This document shows, piece after piece, positions 29,620-42,265 of a DNA stretch of 64,000 nt; positions within the stretch are counted from its first letter, which is position 1, and each line of letters opens with the position of its first letter. This DNA is from Phyllobates terribilis (lineage: Eukaryota), in NCBI RefSeq assembly GCF_046119375.1, contig NW_027362817.1, positions 3,658,001-3,722,000 of the forward strand, given 5' to 3'. The notes below the pieces were generated by a model, which saw only the letters and a program-made list of their open reading frames with translations, had not been told where the DNA came from and did no database searches. Position numbers and translations under genes: made by a program.

Positions 29620-29820
29620 CCCCCCACAACATGACCCCCTTCCCTGTGAAAGCCCTGCAACAAGCAACATGCCCCCTTCCCTGTGAAAGCCCTGCAACAA
29701 GCAACATGCCCGCTTCCCTTTGCAAGCCCCCCAACATGCCAGCTTCCCTGTGAAAGCCCCCTAACATGACCCCTGCCCTGTGCAAGCCCACAACAAGCAG
29801 CCCCGTGCATGCAGCTTCAG
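29620..29820. repeat. Minisatellite of about 38-bp units (CAACATGCCCCCTTCCCTGTGAAAGCCCTGCAACAAG-like)
   Basis: Five to six degenerate units read directly. Confidence 0.8.
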
Positions 29821-29925
29821 AAGGACATGCAATCTCAAGTAGTCACATGATGCACTTTTTATGCCCCCAAAATGCAACCTTAGACACATACTTATTTCTA
29901 TTTGTAAAAAAATTAAAAGCCATGA

Positions 29926-30600
29926 TGTCACGACACAGCTGTCGGGTGACCAGGGATTAGGGGCTCCTACCCTGACCCTAACACTAGGGGGTGCCCTATC
30001 TCGCCCTATTCCCCAGGATACCTCTGAAGATGAGGATGCCAGGGCCTCCGCCCTCGCCCTAACTCCTGCGTTAGCCCTCCGTCTGTTCTTCTCCCCCATC
30101 CGGGGAAGAGGGGAGCTACTGTGCACCGTAGTACACCAACCCGACAAACAGGGCTACACAGACAGGGGTTAACAGAAAACTCCAGGCACATGAAATATTA
30201 ACTCTCATCTAACAGAGGAAAACATCGGGGTGTGAAGGTAGGGGGAATAAACCAAACTAGAGAAGGATAAGGAATTACACGCATACAAACCAGACACCAG
30301 TCACAAGTAATTCGTCCAACACTCCTTCTCATAAGAAACTCCACTCCCTCCTTAGCCATGCAGCAAAAGCTATCTCTGACAAGGATTAGTATCAGAGCCC
30401 AGATTATAAAGGGTAAGGGAGTGGCTAACTGAGCTCAGCTGTGAGCACAGAGACTTCCAATATGGCTGTTTCAGCCCTGTTCTGCCAGAAGAAATACACA
30501 CATTTAAAGTGACGGAGAAGTGCTTCTTCTCGTAGCCGGAGTAGGAGCCATCCGACGCTGAGGTCTCCTGGCTCCATACTGTCTCGGTAACCCCGTGACA
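29926..30600. mobile_element. Solo LTR (675 bp) with 5-bp TSD
   Basis: CATGA|TGTCACG...CGTGACA|CATGA. Confidence 0.88.
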
Positions 30601-31718
30601 CATGATTTTCATCTCCACACAGCTACAGTATGCTGTACCTCCGCCCACTCAGGGTTGTGTGTACACAGCCTCATCACTGGCAGCCTCAGCACAACCTCAG
30701 CTGTGTGCTCTGGTATTAGATCTGACCAGGACTAAGGAGTCTCCGCCCCTTCCGGTGACACCATTCCCTCAAAAAATCTACATCGGAGTTGATGTTTTGA
30801 GGTTCTCATTTTAACAACTCCACTCTAGACAGTTCAGCACTGAAACCACTAGATCGGAGTTGATTCCAAGAGCTCCATAGAGTCCACTGTAGTCTGCTCT
30901 TCTGGCTTTTTAATGTTTTTTTTATGGAATTGCTCATGTTTTTAATGGAGCAAAAATCACAGGTCAGACATGATTTTTGACATGATTTTTTTACACTGTT
31001 ATATATTTTATGTATTTTTTACATTGTTATATATTTTATGTATTTGGGCAAAATCTTTTTTTCCCTGATTAATAAAAATTAAATTTTTATTATCGCTTTT
31101 TGTAATGTAATATATTACACTCTTCAGTTTTTATTCAGTTTTGCCAGAATGTGACTTTTCCCGTTTGTCCACCAGTCCCGGCCGCAGCAACATTGTGACG
31201 AGTGGGCAGGGAGAGGCGTAAAAGAGCGCCTCTGACAGTCTCCATAATGTAAACACAGAAGTGACATAAATTATTACAGGAATGTCCAGTTAAGTTATGT
31301 CACTTTTGTGATGTCAATTTTGATGATTCTGTTTGCTTTGCTCCATCACTGTCACAACCCTCCCCGCAAATCTCCACCCAATCTTAGTTGATATTTTTTA
31401 GGGCCTCGCTCCAGCAGCTCCATACTAGTCACCTTGGTACTGAAACAGTCTAGAGGGTAAGCTACTGCGAGATACTCAAAAGATCAACTCTACTCTAGTC
31501 ACCTCACTAGTGAGCCGTCTACAGTGGAGGTTAAAATGAGCCTCAAAAATCACATGCGATCTAGACGGCTCATTACAGAAGCGGCTAGAATGCAGTTACT
31601 GCAGTGCTGGGTTATAACGAGGCCTAGGAATATATATGAGATTACAGGTGATTTGTTTTCTTGAACAGTAATTACGTTATTATATCAAAAGTATAAAGTG
31701 GGAAGGCACCTCCGGTTA

Positions 31719-31867
31719 AAAAAAATCTTCAAACTTTATTTTTTATAAATAAAATAAAATCTCCACATGTTGGCGGTAAGACACTCTGATTTGGTCAGAG
31801 TGTCTTTCCGCCAACATGTGGAAATTTTAACTTTTTTTGATACAAAATTAAAGTTTGAAGATTTTTT
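31719..31867. mobile_element. 149-bp hairpin (MITE-like) bounded by TTAA
   Basis: TTAA|AAAAAATCTTCAAACTTT...CCACATGTTGGCGG.AAGACACTCTGA/TCAGAGTGTCTT.CCGCCAACATGTGG...AAAGTTTGAAGATTTTTT|TTAA. Confidence 0.7.
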
Positions 31868-31871
31868 TTAA

Positions 31872-34800
31872 AAGGCTTGTCCGGTACTTTTAAAAAAATG
31901 ACAGTGTGTTTTAATGACTCCCGGCTGCAGCCGCATCTTGTCGTGACGTCAGCGGATGTCAGCGCCGGCTGCAGCCGGGGGTCACGTGCTGCTTGTGAGC
32001 TGCCACCGATAGCGCTACTCACAGTGAGTATCAGCAGCGCAAGGTAATTAGAAAGAAGGTTGTATTTCCAGGACTTTCCTCCTGACAGCACCATCAGGAG
32101 GTTGTCCTTCATATCCTTGATAGGGACAGGAAACACACAAGAGGTTAAAATGCCCCTCCCTCCACTCCTACTCCAGTGTTTTTCCTGTCCCTATCAGGGA
32201 TCTACACAGAAGAGGAGTACTCAAGTAGTTCCTGAGATCCGGATGCAAGAGGATCGGGATGGGGTCTTCGCATTCCTCCCCTCCCTCTTGCTGAAGTCCG
32301 TAGACTGAAACCCCAGCGGTCCCTCGGCCTTGACTGGTGTGAGCGCCAGAGGGATCTGTCTCCCCCGCAGAGGGGGCTCTCAGTTCCTGCGGCTGCAGCC
32401 CTGTGCTCGGCTCCAGCGTGCGGCCAAGATGGTGGAAGCCCCACTTCCGGTTACAGAGGGAGCGACATGCCGACCTCTAGTAACCGGTGTGCATTCCACG
32501 GTGGAACGCACTTCCGGTCTGTTTGAAAAAAGGCACCAGACTGAAAATAAAAGGGAGAACGCCTTTTTTCTGATGATTCAGATGGAAGACAGGTGAGAGA
32601 TACTAGTTAAAGGGGGGGGGGGGGATGGTGCTAAGGTTCTCAGTTCATTCAGTTCACCAGTAATGGTGGATCTAACCACTGGTCGCTCTGAGGCTATGTC
32701 TGAACCTCCAGTCCAAGTAAGTTCTGAGCTCATTCCCCTCTGATCACCTGTCTATGGTAGTAAAAGTCTTGTGCTCCTTGTCATTTTAGGATAAGGAGGT
32801 GCCTAAAAAAGACACGATGACTTCAGCTCCTAAGAAAAGGAGATGCGCCATCTGTAACAAAAAACTACCAGACACTTACAGAAAACAACTATGCTCCACT
32901 GGTATTGCAAAAGTGGTTAAAGAGGAGCATTCCTCCTTCATGTCGGCCTTAAGGGCTATAGTGAGAGAGGAAGTGCAGAGTATGGTTACGGATTTAGTTT
33001 CCCCGCAGGCTCCTCAGGGTGCGCCCCGTCAAAAAAGGCCACGCCATGAGCTGGAATCCAGTTCAGAAGGGGAGGAGTTGTCAGTCTTCTCGGACTCCGA
33101 TTAGGATAGGGAAGGATCTATGGCTATTCCCCCAGAAGAGAAGAAAAAATCTCTTCTCCTGGGAAGATACGGATACTCTTTTATCTGCAGTGAGAAATAC
33201 CATGTAGATTGAGGACACTTACCAACCATCTTCGGTACAAGATGAAATGTTTGGAGGGTTGAGAACCTGCAGGAATAAAGTATTCCCGGTTAATAGTCAT
33301 ATTAGAGCAATGATTCTTGAAGAGTGGGAGGAGGCAGAGAGGAAGCTTGTCATTCCCAGAAGCTTCAAATCTCGCCTTCCATTCGAGCCGGAAGATATTA
33401 AATTATGGGACGAGATTCCCAAGATTGAAATCCCGATTACCAGAGTAGCAAAGAAAACTTCCATCCCATTTGAGGACTCGCTGTCTTTGAAAGATGCAAT
33501 GGACAGGAAGGCAGACAGTCTCTTTTAAAAAACCTGGGAAATGTCTGCGGCAATAATAAAAGCCAATATCGCGTCCACTTCGGTAGCAAGATCTATGAGC
33601 ATATGGCTGGAACAGCTGGAAGACCATCTAAAGAGGAAGACTTCCAGAGAAGAGATCCTCAACTCAATCCCACTTCTCAAAATGGCGACGGGTTTTGTTG
33701 CCGATGCCTCGGCAGAGTCAATCAGATTCGCAGCCAGGAATGGAGCCCTTTCTACAGCATCAAGAAGGGCAATATGGTTAAAAAGCTGGTCGGGGGGATA
33801 GTCAATCCAAGAACAAATTATGCGCCATTACCTTTTCTGGTCTCCTGGTTTTTGGTCCAGTATTGGATGAGATCCTGGAGAAAGCTTCAGACGATAAGAA
33901 AGGGTTTCCAGAAGAAAAGTTAAAAAGATATCTTCCTTTCAGAAACCTCGTTACCAGCATTTGAGATCAGAATACCCTACAGGTGTTAGCACATGCAGAA
34001 AATGACGCAAGGAAAGTGGGTGGAAGACCTCGTCATTTCCACAGAGCATGGACGGAGGTTACCAACAGCCCATGGATTCTCCAATCCATTGCTCAGGGCT
34101 ACAAAATAGAATTCGATCAGATCCCGCTGGGAAGATTGCATCTGACGATGACCCAGTCCGACCCGGTCTCCAAAAGGCTGCTAACAGATGTAGAAAACTC
34201 ATGGATTCAGGACCAGTAATACCTGTACCAATGACAAAACGCTTCCTAGGTTATTACTCAGGTCTTTTCTCAATAAAGAAACTCGGAGGCCGTTTTCGCA
34301 CAATAATAAATCTAAAATCACTAAACAAATCAGTACTTTACAAAAAATTATTTTCCCTCAATCCAGGGGACAGGCCGGCAGGGATAGACGCCTTATCCCA
34401 AAGATGGAACATGGATCTGGCATACGCATTTCCCCCTTTACCCTTAATACCGTTAGTACTAAGGAAGATTCAGGAGGACCGGGTCAGGGTAATAATAATC
34501 CTTCCTTTCTGGCCCAAGAGAAGTTGGTTCCCCTTACTAAGAATGATGTCCCTGAAAGATCCGATAATCCTCCCAGAGATACGGATTTGCTGTTCCAGGG
34601 CCCGGTGTACCACCCCGATGTGAAAACTCTCCAGCTTTTGGCTTGGATCCTGAAAGGCAGATACTGAGATCTAGAGGCCTGTCTGATGCGGTAATCTCAA
34701 CAATGCAGAATAGTAGGAAACCAGTGACTTCGGCCAAATATACAAAAATATGGAAAAGGTTTTGTTCTCAGTATCAGCCAACATCAGAGAGTTCTATTCC

Positions 34801-36087
34801 AGACTTTCCAAAAATCCTAGAATTCTTACAGACAGGGTTTGAAAAAGGTCTAAGACCCAGCACATTGAAGGTACAGATTGCAGGATTAAGTGCCTTCCTG
34901 GACTATCCTCTAGCCCACCATCCATGGGTGGAGAGATTCATTAAAGCCACAACAAGGTTAAGACCAACATTTAAATCCCATGTCCCTTCATGGGACTTAA
35001 ACATAGTCTTTAAGAGTCTATGCAACAAACCCTTCGAACCCATCGAGGAATCAAGCATAAAATTCCTTTCGCTTAAGACACTGTTTCTGGTCACAATAAC
35101 CACGGCGAGACGTGTAGGAGAGATACAAGCATTTTCAATCAGAGACCCATATCTGAAATACCTAGATGACTATATTATCCTCAGATTAGATCCAGCATTC
35201 TTACCAAAAGTAGTTACACTTTTCCATATGAATCCGTAGGTGGTCCTACCCTCTTTTTGTCAGGACTATAAAAATGATCAAGAATTGACCTTCCATTCAC
35301 TAGACGTTAGGAGATCAGTGCTACAGTACCTAAAGGTCACAAAAGACTGGCGTTTAAATTCCAACCTGTTCATACAGTTTCAGGGAAAACATAAGGGAAA
35401 AAAGCAACAAAATCTACCTTAGCGAGATGGGTCACTTCAGTAATAAGGCTGGCCTATTCATCTTGGGGGAAATCTCCAGAGAATATTAGCGCCCATTCTA
35501 CCAGAGCTATGTCCACATAATGGGCAGAAAGAGCAGGGGCATCTGTGGACCAAATCTGAAAGGCTGCAACTTGGTCAAATTTAAGCACCCTCTGCAAACA
35601 TTACAAATTAGACATTAGACATTCTGTCAGGTCAGGATATGGCCTTTGGAAGGAAGGTCCTCCAGGCTGTAGTCCCACCCTAAAATGTATACTTTGGTAG
35701 TTTGGTGCCGTCAGGAGGGACGTCCTGGAAAGTAGGCATTAGACCTACCAGTAATAGGGTTTCCAGGAGTCCCTCATGACAGCACCCATTACATTCCCTT
35801 CCTAGATCCTCCTTAAACGACCTTGTGATGTTAACATGGTTTGTAGAAAAGCAAATAAAATAGTTGCATCCATCCTGGTATGGTACTTGAAAAATCACTG
35901 GAGTAGGGGTCGAGGGAGGGGCCTTTTAACCTCTTGTGTGTTTCATGTCCCTATCAAGGATATGAAGGACAACCTCCTGATGGTGCTGTCATGAGGGACT
36001 CCTGGAAACCCTATTACCGGTAGGTCTAATGCCTACTTTATCATTAAAACACACTGGCATTTTTTTTAAAAGTACCGGACAACCTCT
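31872..36087. mobile_element. TTAA-type (T2) MITE split by the DIRS insertion
   Basis: TTAA|AAGGCTTGTCCGGTACTTTTAAAAAAATG...CATTTTTTTTAAAAGTACCGGACAACCTCT|TTAA. Confidence 0.8.
32065..36036 (+). mobile_element. DIRS-type tyrosine-recombinase retrotransposon, complete ends, degenerate ORFs with internal RT/RNase H deletion
   Basis: Inverted terminal repeats about 32065-32178 / 35896-36008. Internal complementary region 35732-35786 is the reverse complement of 35982-36036. Gag-like (CAICNKKL, 32799-33920). RT start (YSGLFSIKK.GGRFRTIINLKSLN) joins directly to an MTase-like C-terminus (DALSQRW...YAFPP...WPKRSWF). Tyrosine recombinase 34643-35560 (LRPSTLK, TTARRVGEI, HSLDVRR, AHSTR). No TSD. Confidence 0.95.
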
Positions 36088-36232
36088 TTAACCGGAGGTG
36101 CCTTCCCACTTTATACTTTTGATGGATTTCTCTGCGGGTCAGCAGTTTTGGATACGGCACTCACTTGAGATAAAACAGGCACGAAACAATATAGTACGGT
36201 GAGATTTTTTTCTTTTTGCATTATTATATATA

Positions 36233-37846
36233 CAGTGCATTGTGAAAGTATTTGGCCCCCTTGAACTTTTCTACCTTTTGCCACATTACTGGCTTCAAAC
36301 ATAAAGATATAAAATTCTATTTTTTTGGGGGAAGAATCAACCACAAGTGGGACACAATCGTGAACTGGAACGAAATGTATTGAATATTTTATACTTTTTT
36401 AACAAATTAAAAACTGAAAGGTGGGGTGTGCAATATTATTCAGCCCCTTTTACTTTCAGTGCAGCAAACTCACTCCAGAAGTTCAGTGAGGATCTCTGAA
36501 GGATCCAATGTTGTCCTAAATGACTGGTAATGATAAATAGAATCCACCTGTGTGTAATCAAGTCTTCGTATAAATGCACCTGCTCTGTGATAGTCTCAGG
36601 ATTCTGTTTCAAGTGCAGAGAGCATCATGAAGACCAGGGAACACACCAGGCAGGTCCGCGTACTGTTGTGGCGAAGTTTAAAGCCAGATTTGGATACAAA
36701 AAGATTTCCCAAGTTTTAAACATCTCAAGGAGCACTGTGCAAGCGATCATATTGAAATGGAAGGAGTATCAGACCACTGCAAATCAACCAAGACCCGGCT
36801 GTCCCTCTAAACTTTCATCTCGAACAAGAAGACTGATCAGAGATGCAGCCAAAAGGCCCATGATCACTCTGGATAAACTGCAGAGATCTACAGCTGAGGT
36901 GGGAGAGTCTGTCCATAAAACAACAATCAGTCGTACACTGCAAAAATCTGACCTTTATGGAAGAGTGGCAAGAAGAAAGCCATTTCTCAAAGATATCCAT
37001 AAAAAGTCTCGTTTGAAGTTTGCCACAAGCCACCTGGGAGACACACCAAACATGTGGAATAAGTTACTCTGGTCAGATGAAACCAAAATCGAACTTTTTG
37101 GCCACAATGCAAAACGATATGTTTGGCGTAAAAGCAACACAGCTGATCACCCTCAAAACACCATCCCCACTGTCAAACATGGTGGTGGCAGCAGCATGGT
37201 TTGGGCCTGCTTTTCTTCAGCAGGGACAAGGAAGATGGTTAAAATTGATGGGATGATGGACGGAGACAAATACAGGACCATTCTAGAAGAAAACCTGTTG
37301 GAGTCTGCAAAAGACCTGAGACTGGGACGGAGATTTTTCTTCCAACAAGACAATGATCCCAAACATAAAGTAAAATCTACAATGGAATGGTTCAAAAGTA
37401 AATGTATTCAGGTGTTAGAATGACCAAGTCAAAGTCCAGACCTGAATCCAATCGAGAATCTGTGGAAAGAGCTGAAAACTGCTGTTCACAAATGCTCTCC
37501 ATACAACCTCACTGAGCTCGAGCTGTTTTGCAAGGAAGAATGGGCAAGAATTTCAGCCTCTCGATGTGCAAAACTGATAGAGACATACCCCAAGCGACTT
37601 GCAGCTGTAATCGCAGCAAAAGGTGCCGCTACAAAGTATTAACTCAAGGGGGCCGAATAATATTGCACGCCCCACTTTTCAGTTTTTAATTAGTTAAAAA
37701 AGTTTAAAATATCCAATAAATTTCGTTCCACTTCACGATTGTGTCCCACTTGTCGTTGATTCTTCCCAAAAAAATTATGTTTGAAGCCAGAAATGTGGCA
37801 AAAGGTAGAAAGGTTTGAGGGGGCCAAATACTTTCACAATGCACTG
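36233..37846 (+). mobile_element. Tc1 DNA transposon, full length (1614 bp), nearly intact transposase
   Basis: TA|CAGTGCATTGTGAAAGTATTTGGCCCCC...GGGGGCCAAATACTTTCACAATGCACTG. ATG about 36627. DD34E motifs WSDETK, QDNDPKH, SPDLNPIENLW. A frameshift near 36660 and TGA at 37421-37423. Confidence 0.96.
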
Positions 37847-38629
37847 TGTGTATATAATAAATTCTCACAGAAATGTCCGGGGTCACTGGAGAACATTTCT
37901 GTTACAATTTTCGCCACTTTTGTGATGTAAATTCTGTTGATTCTGTCAGCTGCGCTCTGTCACTGGCTGATACTTGTACATACAGGAAAATTTGAATTCT
38001 ATCAAAACTAAACAATCTGCTTTGTGTATTTTTTATATTACAAAAAGCGATAATAAAATACTTCATTAATTAAAAAAAAAAATGCACAAAGTGGCCGAGC
38101 TTTCTCCTGTTCACCCTTCATTAAAGGAAATATCCGGGACTTTATGAAAAACAAAAAATGTCCCTAAGTACTAACAGGCCGGTAATTGCTACTTACCTGC
38201 CTGTTGTGCCTGGCGCGTTTGTTCCCCAGCACAGAGCATATTGCCGACGTCATTCTGATTGACAGCTGGATTCCCACTGAGTAACTGGAGGAGAAGGCTG
38301 CAAATCAGAATGAGTCGGACATCACATCCAGTCACGTCAGCAGAGGCAGCTGATTCCCCAGCAGGTGTGGTCTGTGATCGCTTTGTGCCGGGGAAGAATA
38401 TCGCCGAGCACAACAGGCAAGTAGCAACAACCTGCCTGTTAGTGCTTAGGCACATTTTTTTTTTCATTAAGTTCCACATATCACCTTAAAGACTGGCATG
38501 CAAAATTCTGTTCTTCATGAATTGGGGCTGGGCTGTAATCTTGTGTAACTGTCTGCCAAGAAATAATGAAACTCCATGCAGCAACCTCATTCTAGCGGTC
38601 TCACTACAGAGGTGACTAGATCAGAGTAA

Positions 38630-39502
38630 GGCTGAGTTCACACGATGCGTATTTAATGCGTTTCCGTGGCGTTTTTGCAGTTGCGTAAACGCCGCGGAAA
38701 CGCATGGTAGAACGGAAGCAATGTTCCCCAATTGAAATCCGCATGTGCTGTGCCCATGATGCGGATTTTTCCGCAGCGTAAACGCTGTGCTCAAAAGTCT
38801 GCAGCATGTCAATTAATTTTGCGTAAACGCGGCGTTTTCGCCGCCATTGACTTGCATTAGAACGCGCCAATTCCGCAAGACTGCATCTGTACTTGCGTTA
38901 TTGGCGCGTTCTAATGTACGGATGGTACCCGGGTGTGGAGGAGAGGAGAGTCTCATCCACACCCAGGTACCATTAAAAAAGCTGTACACAAGAATAAAGT
39001 AAAAAATATATATATACTTACCTTCTGTCGGTCCGCGCACCGCTCCTGCTTCGTTCCCGGCACTTGCAGTGAGTTGAAGGACCTGCGCTGACGTCAGAGT
39101 CATGTGACAGGTCACGTGACGCTGACTTCGGCAGGTCTTTCAATTCAAAGTTGTCGGCAGCCGGGAGAACGGTTTGAGCAGGACAGCGCGGGCCATCAGA
39201 GGGTAAAGTATACATGTATTTTTTATTTTTACCATTCTCTCGAGTCACACTATATAAATCCATGCTGTTTGCATGGATTTATATAGTGTGACCTAGTTGT
39301 CAAGCACTTTCCAGGTGATGCTAAAATCGCCTGGAAAGCGCTTGTCAATCCACATGCGGAAACGCATGTGGAAACGCATGTGAATCCGCATGTATTCCGC
39401 AGGAAAAACGCATGCACAATCTGCATGCGTTTTTTCTGCCAGGGAGATGCAGAAATGATGCAGAAATTTTCTGCTTCATTTCTGCATCGTGTGCACATAC
39501 CC
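38630..39502. mobile_element. PIF/Harbinger-type palindromic MITE
   Basis: TAA|GGCTGAGTTCACACGATGC...GCATCGTGTGCACATACCC|TTA (TWA-type target); internal inverted symmetry centred near 39105. Confidence 0.72.
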
Positions 39503-39973
39503 TTACTGCACTGAGTTTCATGATTTCTGGGCGCACCATGCTGTCTATAAGGACGTCCTCTGTACAGCAACTCCATTCTAGCAGTCTCACTATAGAGATG
39601 ACTAGATCAGAGTTGCTGCACTGAGGCTCATCATTTCTGTGCACACCGTACCGTCTACAGGTTACACTAATGTTTCCATGCACCTTAGGCTAAAGTCGAC
39701 AGGTTCAGCCAACAATCTGATGTGTATGGGGCCTCTCGACTTTCCTTCTATACTTCCTGTGAGGAAAGGGAAGGATCCAGCGTGTTGAATTTCTGGTGGT
39801 TGATCCTCTTGTTCTCTCTAATGACTAGCCGCCGCTAGAGGAGCCTGACATCTGCTAATAGAGAGCATAGCAACGTTTGATGAACTGCTCCTGTGTATGT
39901 GCTAGTCAGGAGAGATAGCTGTCAGCCCTACAGCCATTGGGCCGACAGCTATCTAATATGTTTGAGTCCTTAA

Positions 39974-40215
39974 AGGGACTCTGTCAGCATAGAATGACTG
40001 TTCAAACCAAGCATAGGCACTCAATGCACCCTTCGTGCTGCCAGACTACTTGTTTTCGTTCTATAAAGCCAGAGCTGTCAATCAAAATAGAGGGAGGGCG
40101 GAGATAGAGAAAAAAACAAGTAGATGGGAAGGAACAGTTAAATGTGTGGCAACACTAAGGGTACACCAGCACCTGTGCTTGGTTTGAATAGTCATTCTGT
40201 GCTGACAGAGTCCCC
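39974..40215. mobile_element. TTAA-type (T2) MITE
   Basis: TTAA|AGGGACTCTGTCAGCATAGAATGAC...GTCATTCTGTGCTGACAGAGTCCCC|TTAA. Confidence 0.88.
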
Positions 40216-41187
40216 TTAACCCCTTTACCCCCAAGGGTGGTTTGCACGTTAATGACCAGGCCAATTTTTACAATTCTGACCACTGTCAATTTATGAGGTA
40301 ATTACTCTGGAACGCTTCAACGGATCCCCCTGATTCTGAGAATGTTTTTTCGTGACATATTGTACTTCATGATTTTGGTAAAATTTCTTCGATATCACTT
40401 GCGTTTATTTGTGAAAAAATCGGAAAGGTGGCAAAAATGTTGAAAATTTTGCAATTTTCAAAATTTGAATTTTCATGCCCTTAAATCAGAGAGATATGTC
40501 ACACAAAAGAGTTAATAAATAACATTTCCCACATGTCTCCTTTACAGCAGCACAATTTTAGAACCAACATTTTTTTTTTATTAGGGAGCTATAAGGGTTA
40601 AAAGTTGACCAGCGATTTTTCATTTTTCCAGCAAAATTTACAAAACCATTTTTTAGGGACCACATCACATTTGAAGTGACTTTGAGGGGCCTTTATGACA
40701 GAAATTACCCAAAAGTGACACCATTCTAAAAACTGCACCCCTCAAGGTGCTCAAAACCACATTCAAGAAGTTTATTAACCCTTCAGGTGCTTCACAGGAA
40801 TTTTTGGAATGGGGAAGAAAAAAATGAACATTTAACTTTTTTCACAAAAATTTTTACTTTAGACCCAAATGTTGTTATTTTTGCAGGGATAACAGGAAAA
40901 AATTGACCCCAAAATTACGCAGATATCCCTTATGTGGGGAAAAAACACTGTTTGGGCACACGGTAGGGCTCAGAAGGGAAGGAGTGCCATTTGACTTTTT
41001 GAATGTAAAATTAGCTTGAATAATTAGCGGATGCAATTTTGCATTTAGATAGCCCCTGATGTGCCTAAACAGTGGAAACCCCCCATAAGTGACACCATTC
41101 TGGAAACTATCTATAGATAACCTGGCACTCAAATCAGCAGAAAGCTCGACTCATGAAATTAATAAATAATATTTAATGATTATACTT

Positions 41188-41238
41188 AGTACAACAAGCA
41201 GACGTTTCGGTCACAGGGACCTTCATCGGTGTACTACA
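41188..41238 (-). ncRNA. Hammerhead-like motif (CCGATGA core), inverted copy
   Basis: Minus strand GTAGTACA-CCGATGA-A-GGTC(CCTGT)GACC-GAAAC-GT-C. Confidence 0.65.
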
Positions 41239-42020
41239 GGAATGACAAAGAAATAACAAAAGTAAGTGTCACGTGGACCAAAGTTTACACGAGATATAAA
41301 CATGGTGGAGCGAAATCAAGACAGACAACTTGGAAATCAATCAAATCGTCATGTAAAGTAGATATGGGATAAACAACATGGGAAATGGGTGGGGAGGAGG
41401 ATAAGGATGGGATGGAAAATTAGGGGATAAGGTGAAAACAAATGAGATAAACCTACCAGAATATAGGTGTGGAAGCGCTATATAGATGACATTTTTTGCA
41501 TATGGAGGGGGCCCCCCGAAACCCTTATGGAATTTTTTGAGTCTCTAAATTCAGCTTGGGATGGCCTCCGGTTCACTATTACATCAAGTAAAGAATCCAT
41601 TAACTTTCTAGACATGACCATCATCAAATATGAATCTGGTTACCTTTCATCCGATTTATACGTGAAACCCACGGATAGAAATGGTCTTCTACATCATTCT
41701 AGTTTGCATCCAAGGTCTATTTTCACCTCGGTTCCTAAGTCCCAATTTCATCGTGTCCAACGCATAGTCAGTAACCCATCCACTCAAAGCTTGAGACTAC
41801 ATGAGATGAGAAATACATTTTTGGATAGAGATTACCCACCAGGTACCCTGTCTAAAGCATTGGAACCCACCACTCAGTCTCGCCTCACCTCCGATAACCG
41901 TATCCCTTTTGTACACACTTACCATCCCATGGCCTTCGTATTACATAGAAAAATCAGACAACATTGGAACATTCTCCAAACAGCCTACCCATCAGTCCCT
42001 GAATTTAGAGTTCCTTTTTT

Positions 42021-42265
42021 TCAAATTCAAGTTTTTTATTTTTGTGTTGAAAAAGTACAATAAAATACAATATACATAGTAAAAGGGGTAGTGTAACTAT
42101 AAATCTATGCATAACTACGGTACATTGGGGGGTACAGGGAGGGTTTTCCATCAATATCCAGATCAAGCATGTATTTTTCCATATGAAAGATAGAGAGAGA
42201 GAGAGAGCGGACCACGGCAGACCACCAATCAATATAGTGTGATTAAGACCATTGTTGTGACGACA
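42021..42265 (-). mobile_element. Short poly(A)-tailed retro-insertion (L1/Tx1-like 3' end) inside the P3 ORF
   Basis: Minus strand AATAAA...AAAAAAA tail; imperfect TSD of about 15 bp, TAGAG(G)TTC(C)TTTTTT, at 42006-42020/42266-42280; the ORF resumes after it. Confidence 0.65.

Noticed and set aside
42237-42265. TGATTAAGACC...GACGAC as another hammerhead
   Set aside because: No GAAA, and it lies in the poly(A)-type retro-insertion rather than a PLE 3' repeat.
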